Of a stretch of DNA of 64,000 nt, positions 62,718-64,000 are shown piece by piece. The stretch covers positions 1,488,001 through 1,552,000 of the forward strand of contig OX337234.1 of assembly GCA_946965045.2 (NCBI GenBank). Reading direction: 5' to 3'. Under the pieces are notes generated by a model. That model had not been told where the DNA came from. It made no database searches and saw only the letters and a list, made by a program, of their open reading frames with translations. This DNA comes from Epithemia pelagica (Eukaryota; Protista; Bacillariophyta). The position numbers were made by a program, and so were the translations under genes. Within the stretch, counting starts at the first letter, position 1, and every line of letters starts with the position of its first letter.

Positions 62718-64000
62718 TCAGGATTCCCAATACACTTCTCGGGTTGTCTCCAAAGAAGTTTCAAACGTACTGGATCCTCCCAAATCTTCCTCCTCCTCCA
62801 AGACCGCCACCTCCATGACACGCACTGAGCTTCGAGAAAACTCACGAAATTGATGATGATGAACTTGTGTATGTGGCCACAGATCAGGACGATTCACGCT
62901 TTGTCGACGCACCAGCGGTATCCTGTTTCCTTCCTGTTGACGCGATGGGCGACTTTTCCCACCCGGTGATTGAGTTTTGTGGTGGTTTCTGTCATTGCCA
63001 GTCGGTTCGGTTCTTCGTCGATTGTAAAACAAAAGGTATGCGGCAGATTGATTGTGCTTCAAAGTGCTTTCTGAGATTCGCTGTGTAACGCTATCGTTGA
63101 ATTCATACCATTCTTCATTTCCAAAACGACTCATGGCATATGCCGTATAGTGACCGCTTCCAAGGCCACCGAAATGATTGGACACTGCATACAAATCGTA
63201 GATTGGTTTGTCGCTGCTCTGACTTTTGACAAATTTCTTGAGATTCCAATTCTCAATGGGATAGTCCACGGCTGCCGTATTCTTCGATCCCACATAGTTC
63301 CCAAAATCATCAAATTTGAATCGCTTCAAATGAACAATAAGAATGGGAGGCAAGATCCAAATATCGGTCTTCTTGATGGCATCTCTGTGGGTTTTGCATT
63401 TACTGCAATACCATTGGTTGTCGCCGTGCAATTTTTCCGGAGCCAGGTACAACTCCATACAATCTTGAAGCGACCGACATTCACTGGTCATGGGCAGTGA
63501 CAAATACATGAACGGCTCGAATCTTATATTCTTGTGTCCACAATGCAAACAAGTGAGGCAACTGCGCATTTGACCTTGAAAAATGTCTACAATGATTGAT
63601 TTATCACGGCAAAGGTAATTTTTCCAAGCTTCCATGGCATCTCGCTCATCGTTCAAACCATCGCAATCGCGATCTTCTATATATGGCTTCTTTTGGATGC
63701 GATTTAAGTCTTCATGGATGCCATCCAACATGAGTGCCAAAAGTTCTTGGGCATCATGTTGCTCCGAGCCCTCAAACTGTGGAGAAAAGTTGGCCAATTG
63801 TGCCTTGAACAGTTTGGGTCGGAGCACAAGGTTCTTACCAGACCAAATGGAACCCATCAAATCCGCATACGCTGTAGCTAGTTTCCCTTTGGTTCCAAGA
63901 GCACTGGATTTGTTAATTTCAGCTCGGTAATTGTATCCCAAAAAGTAATCGGTCAGGGGTATCGTCGCTGAAAGGCACTGCAAGCTACTGTTGAGATAGC
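62718..64000 (-). CDS. Ubiquitin-specific protease (peptidase C19, USP4/8/15-like), 5' part beyond the window
   Basis: (C)YLNSSLQCL Cys box at the window edge, EQHDAQELL, CLHC...CSKC fingers, LIVHLKRF and His box YAVSNHFGGLGSGHYTAY...WYEFND. Confidence 0.93.
   Translation of the reverse strand, partial: YLNSSLQCLSATIPLTDYFLGYNYRAEINKSSALGTKGKLATAYADLMGSIWSGKNLVLRPKLFKAQLANFSPQFEGSEQHDAQELLALMLDGIHEDLNRIQKKPYIEDRDCDGLNDERDAMEAWKNYLCRDKSIIVDIFQGQMRSCLTCLHCGHKNIRFEPFMYLSLPMTSECRSLQDCMELYLAPEKLHGDNQWYCSKCKTHRDAIKKTDIWILPPILIVHLKRFKFDDFGNYVGSKNTAAVDYPIENWNLKKFVKSQSSDKPIYDLYAVSNHFGGLGSGHYTAYAMSRFGNEEWYEFNDSVTQRISESTLKHNQSAAYLLFYNRRRTEPTGNDRNHHKTQSPGGKSRPSRQQEGNRIPLVRRQSVNRPDLWPHTQVHHHQFREFSRSSVRVMEVAVLEEEEDLGGSSTFETSLETTREVYWES

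Noticed and set aside
12767-64000. Apparent ubiquitin-system cluster (CSN6, DUB/U-box gene, USP)
   Set aside because: The genes are tens of kb apart, separated by unrelated genes and mobile elements, and these families are abundant; likely coincidence.
1-64000. rRNA or tRNA genes
   Set aside because: No conserved rRNA segments or cloverleaf with A/B boxes were noticed. The tRNA-complementary 13-mer at 28981-93 is a PBS. A tRNAscan/Infernal run would be needed to exclude them.

Overview
Eukaryotic, intron-containing DNA that looks diatom-like. This is inferred from the copia-type LTR element with a half-tRNA PBS, the short GT-AG introns and the gene content. About half of the window is mobile DNA. 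It holds two different tyrosine-recombinase (DIRS-order, Ngaro/PAT-type split-direct-repeat) retrotransposons: one apparently intact at 1898-10944 and one decayed at 38570-43598. It also holds a Ty1/copia element with a 5-bp TSD (23078-29090), a 2.7-kb foldback/TIR element (16561-19219), a decayed IS630-Tc1-mariner-type transposase (50972-54337) and a MITE-like element (60785-61523). Host genes include a secreted AOC/dirigent-like protein, CSN6, an inverted pair of GT31-like glycosyltransferases, a P-loop ATPase, a Rubisco-LSMT/SETD3-like SET protein, eIF1/SUI1, a RanBP2-finger/bromodomain-like protein, a secreted YDDYYHP-repeat protein, an EXS-family membrane protein and a USP (truncated by the window edge). 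Four candidates for undescribed biology stand out. (1) A 1410-aa gene joins a UIM, a herpes-tegument-like (C76/VTD) deubiquitinase, a U-box E3 and a FYVE-like finger. (2) A frameshift-split SET-methyltransferase/2OG-Fe(II)-dioxygenase fusion lies next to a transposase and an SPKK-rich histone-H1-like gene. (3) In the intact YR retrotransposon, gag and pol are separated by a single in-frame UGA-C, and pol carries methyltransferase-like regions at both ends. (4) Two otherwise unrelated YR elements share a TGGGCGGGT motif in the A2-B2 spacer. All domain calls come from motif recognition by eye; no database searches were run. No rRNA, tRNA or CRISPR array was seen.
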